DNA of 64,000 nucleotides from Squalus acanthias (taxonomy: Eukaryota): assembly GCA_030390025.1 (NCBI GenBank), contig CM059432.1, positions 20,524,001 through 20,588,000 on the forward strand. The letters run 5' to 3'. Below the pieces are notes generated by a model. It did no database searches, was not told where the DNA came from, and saw only the letters and a program-made list of their open reading frames with translations. The position numbers and the translations under genes are program-made. Below are positions 60,380 through 64,000 of this stretch, piece by piece; within the stretch, counting starts at the first letter, position 1; every line of letters begins with the position of its first letter.

Positions 60380-62330
60380 TCGGAGGAGTGGAGAGTTGGG
60401 GGGGTTGATGGTTGTCGGACTGGAGGAGATTAAAGAGATAGGGGGGATGAAGAGCCTGAGTGATGGATCCCGACTATCGGGACAGTGTGAGATAAGATAT
60501 GGGCAGCAGAGTTTTGGATTAGCTGATGTTTATAGAGGATGCAAGACCAGCGAGGAGAACATTGGAATAGTCATCTGTAGGTGACAAAGGTATGGAAAAA
60601 TGTTTCAGCAGATGGGCTGAGGCAGGGACAGAGGTTATGGAGGTGGTATTCGGCAGTCTTTGTGAAGGAGAGGATATGGGATCCAAAGCTCAGCTCAGGG
60701 TCAAGTAGACACTGAGGTTGCAAACAGTCTGGTTAAGCCTGAGACAATGGCTGAGAAAGGGGATGGAATCAGTGCAAGGGTACAAGTTTGGGGTGAGGGG
60801 GTGGAGGGGGTGGTGTGTGGAGGGATCAAAGACGATAGCTTCAGTCTTCCTGCTGTTTAATTGGAGGAAACTGTGGCTCATCCAAGACTGGATGTCGAAC
60901 AAGCAGTGTGACAGTACAGAGGCAGTGGATGGACCGAAAGAGGTGATGGAGGGGTCGATTTGGGAGTTGTTCATGTGGAAGCTAACTACATGTCTTTGGA
61001 TAATATCACCAAGAGGCAACATGTCGATGAGGAAGCGGAGATGATCGAGGATAGATCCTTCGGAGACTGTGGATGTAATGATATGGGATGGGAAGAGAAG
61101 CCATTGCAGGAGATGCTCTGGCTATGATTAGATAGCTAACAGTGGAACTAAGTGAGAGGAAACCCACTGAGCTGGACAATGGAGAAGGTTCATTGGAGGA
61201 GGATGGTGTGGTCAATCATGTTATTGGCTGCATTCAACGGCATTACCATTGCTGAATCCCCCACCATCAACATCCTGGGGGTCACCATTGACCAGAAACT
61301 TAACTGGACCAGCCACATAAATACTGTGGCAACAAGCGCAGGTCAGAGGCTGGGTATTATGTGACGAGTGTCTCACCTTCTGAATCCCCAAAACCTTTCC
61401 ACCATCTACAAGGCACAAGTAAGGAGTGTGATGGAACATTCGCCACTTGCCTGTATGAGTGCAGCTCTAACAACACTCAAGAAGCTCGACACCATCCAGG
61501 ACAAAGTAGCCCGTTTGATTGGTACCCCATCCACCACCTTAAACATTCACTCCCTCCACCACCGGCGTACCGTGGCTGCAGTGTGCGCCATCTACAAGAT
61601 GCACTGCAGCAACTTGCCAAGGCTTCTTCGGCAGCACCTCCCAAACCCGTGACCTCTACCACCTAGAAGGTCAAGGGCAGCAGGCGCATGGGAACACCAC
61701 CACCTCCAAGTTCCGTTCCAAGTCACACACCATCCTTTGATCCTTTATCGTCGCTGGGTCAAAATCCTGGAACTCCCTACCTAACAGCACTGTGGGAGTA
61801 CCTTCACCACACGGACTGCAGCGGTTCAAGAAGGCGGCTCACCACCACCTTCTCAAGGACAATTAGGGATGGGCAATAAATGCTGGCCTTGCCAGCGATG
61901 CCCACATCCCATAAACAAATAAAAAAAAAGAATGGTCAAAGAGGGAAATTGCACCATGGTCACAGATTATATTATTTGTGACTTTAGTTAGGGACATTTC
62001 AATGCTGTGCATGGATGGAAACCTGATTGAAGAGATTCAAACATGGAATTGCAGGGAAGTTGGACATCCATTTGGGAGGGGACAACACATTTAAGATCTT
62101 TGAAGAGATAAGGGAGATTGGACATGGGGTAGTAGTTTGCAAGAACAGAGGGGTCAAGGGTATGTTTTTTGAAGAGGGGGTGATGACGGCAGATTTTAAA
62201 GGGAAAGGGACAGTACCTGAGGAGAGGAAAATGTTTACAATGTCTGATAGCTTGGGGGCCAGGGAGGGAAGTTGGGTGGTCAGTAGTTTAGTGGGAATGG
62301 GGTCTAGGACGTAGGAGATGGGTGCATGAA
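60380..62330 (-). mobile_element. L2 LINE, decayed, interrupted at 61228-61929
   Basis: LDPIPTKLL, KSAVITP, LQLNSRKTEAIVF. Confidence 0.85.
61228..61929 (+). mobile_element. 5'-truncated copy of the 49997-53200 LINE family
   Basis: FNGITIAESPTINILGV, IYKAQVRSVME, shared tail plus polyA. Confidence 0.92.
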
Positions 62331-62785
62331 GGCACTGATGCAACATATGGCGTTCAGCATAACACTTGTTTGATATAGTAATGGTTTATCATGATGCCCA
62401 ACCTCTTTCAGCGCCACACTTCAATTGGCCAAAGTACTATGTGGCTTTTGTGGGCCATTAAGACTTTCTCCTTGCACAAGCTGTTGCTTTCGTGGCCCTT
62501 TTTTTGTGATAGTTTGTCCTTGAGACAGATCAGTTTTTTAAAAAAACAAGGCTAATTGAGCATGTTCAGACATTTGTAGGTGTGAATATCAATTTCTTAT
62601 TTTGCAAGGGTACTTATTGCACAGCAAAAAAATACATTCATTATTCAATGTTTGTAGAGCCAATTTGTTCAGCTGCACATTATCGTATTTCAAATTTTGT
62701 ATAATTCATTCATAAATTGTACTGACTGTCACTTTATAGTACAACAACCAAATAAGCATTTGTCCCATATTTAGAGAGACATTTG

Positions 62786-63170
62786 GGTAGATTTCCCCCA
62801 CCCCGAGCGTGTTCAGGAGGCCGCCATTTTGATTAACAATTGTAAAAGGCACTGCCAAAAAAATCCTGCGTGCCCTTTTTAGATAGATGGGAATTTACTC
62901 ACTTTCTTTAGGTTGTAGAACTTTACACAGACCTCCTCCTAGTCCATGATGTTGGAGCTGGAGTTCAATCTATCCATGATCTCCTGCCAAGCTCTTGGTG
63001 TCCTCAGCAAATTAGTTGAATGCATTTCCCTCCCAACCCCCTTCCCATTCCAATGATGGTGGCTGGTAATGTTACGGTCCCTGTATCAACACACTGAGAT
63101 CCCAATGGGTGAGGATGCTGTTGCTCTGGTACTTCTCCAAACTTTTCCTAGATTTAGAAAGAGTCCACTA
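62786..63170 (-). mobile_element. Old Harbinger remnant with a Myb/SANT exon
   Basis: Minus strand RAWQEIMDRLNS...EEVCVKFYNLKK|GTGAGT; terminus GGGTAGATTTCC. Confidence 0.55.
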
Positions 63171-64000
63171 TTTATGCAATTTACAGGCAACTTAGCAAGT
63201 TGAAAAGTGTGAAAAGGAGCACTATTGAGGGAAAATCTTGATTGGCTACGGTGGTTCAAACAGGAAAAACAGAGAAACACTATTTTAAATTAGGTATACC
63301 GCACTTCTGCAAGATACGGGCTGTTCATCCATACTTTCCAAAATGAGGAAAAGGTGAATGGTGTTCTGCACTATGGGGTTAGACCCTTCACATAGATTCC
63401 TCAATTTAATAAAATCCTTGCCAGAGAAATGTAGCACATGAAAAATATTTGTTGTTCATGAAACGGATTGCAAAAGTTCACCAGAAATATGATTTTAAAC
63501 ATTTCTGATATGGCATCAATTTTTGAATATATTTGCAGTATATATTGAAGGTAATCTACCTAAGTAACTGCCATTCCATGAACATAGATGGGGACTCTGG
63601 AAAGCATTTAACTATGCTGAGAAAAAGGTGAAAGAAATAAAAGACTCTGCTTCCTAGCAACAGTCCTTGAACAGAAGATTTTATGGCTGGAACAAAATAT
63701 ATTATAACCTCGACATTATCGCTGGTTCACCTCTCTCTTCTTATTTTGCTCGTTCAGTGAGTCAAGCAAAGGTTTGGTTCAGTGGGGAGTGGAAGTTCTC
63801 TTCCGCCTCTCCCAAGTCCCCATTCTTTACATGTGAGCGTGGGTGTTCAATTATGAAGCCAACTTCACTGAATAGTGCCTTATCTTTCAACTAAGCATTC
63901 TGGCCTTAATATTCACTTGAATAACTTCAGACCTTATCTGTAGCTCCTATGTTCTCTCTGACAGGAAGTGTTGGCAATGGGAATAGGCGTGCCAGCACTA

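Noticed and set aside
63760..63890. Minus-strand terminal exon (ALFSEVGFIIEHPRSHVKNGDLGEAEENFHSPLNQTFA*)
   Set aside because: Short, in-frame stop just upstream, no convincing acceptor, no recognisable homology

Overview
Repeat-dense vertebrate DNA, very probably from a cartilaginous fish (shark or relative), judged by the mix of esterase-ORF1 CR1 LINEs, L2 LINEs, Deu-domain (SacSINE1/AmnSINE1-like) SINEs, an HE1-like SINE and Penelope-like elements. No host protein-coding gene can be supported; there is one orphan exon-like segment (20503-20996, minus). Most of the window is nested mobile DNA: two large PIF/Harbinger transposons (spliced Myb/SANT gene plus convergent DDE transposase), many Harbinger MITEs with 3-bp TSDs, a hAT MITE, a probable solo LTR, a near-intact full-length CR1, and Penelope ends carrying minimal hammerhead ribozymes. 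The most unusual signals are: (1) a 3.2 kb EN+RT LINE (49997-53200) that starts with a tRNA-type Pol III promoter, has no ORF1 and has no TTTT run on its sense strand, suggesting a Pol III-transcribed protein-coding retrotransposon, with a head+tail SINE derivative in the same window; (2) a U-UUA-AAC slippery heptamer at the CR1 ORF1/ORF2 junction with no AUG before the endonuclease, suggesting -1 ribosomal frameshifting; (3) covarying minimal hammerheads and apparently homology-primed Penelope insertions; (4) a tRNA-Thr(AGT)-CR1 chimera that looks like a nascent SINE. All calls were made by eye with no database searches; boundaries of decayed repeats are approximate.
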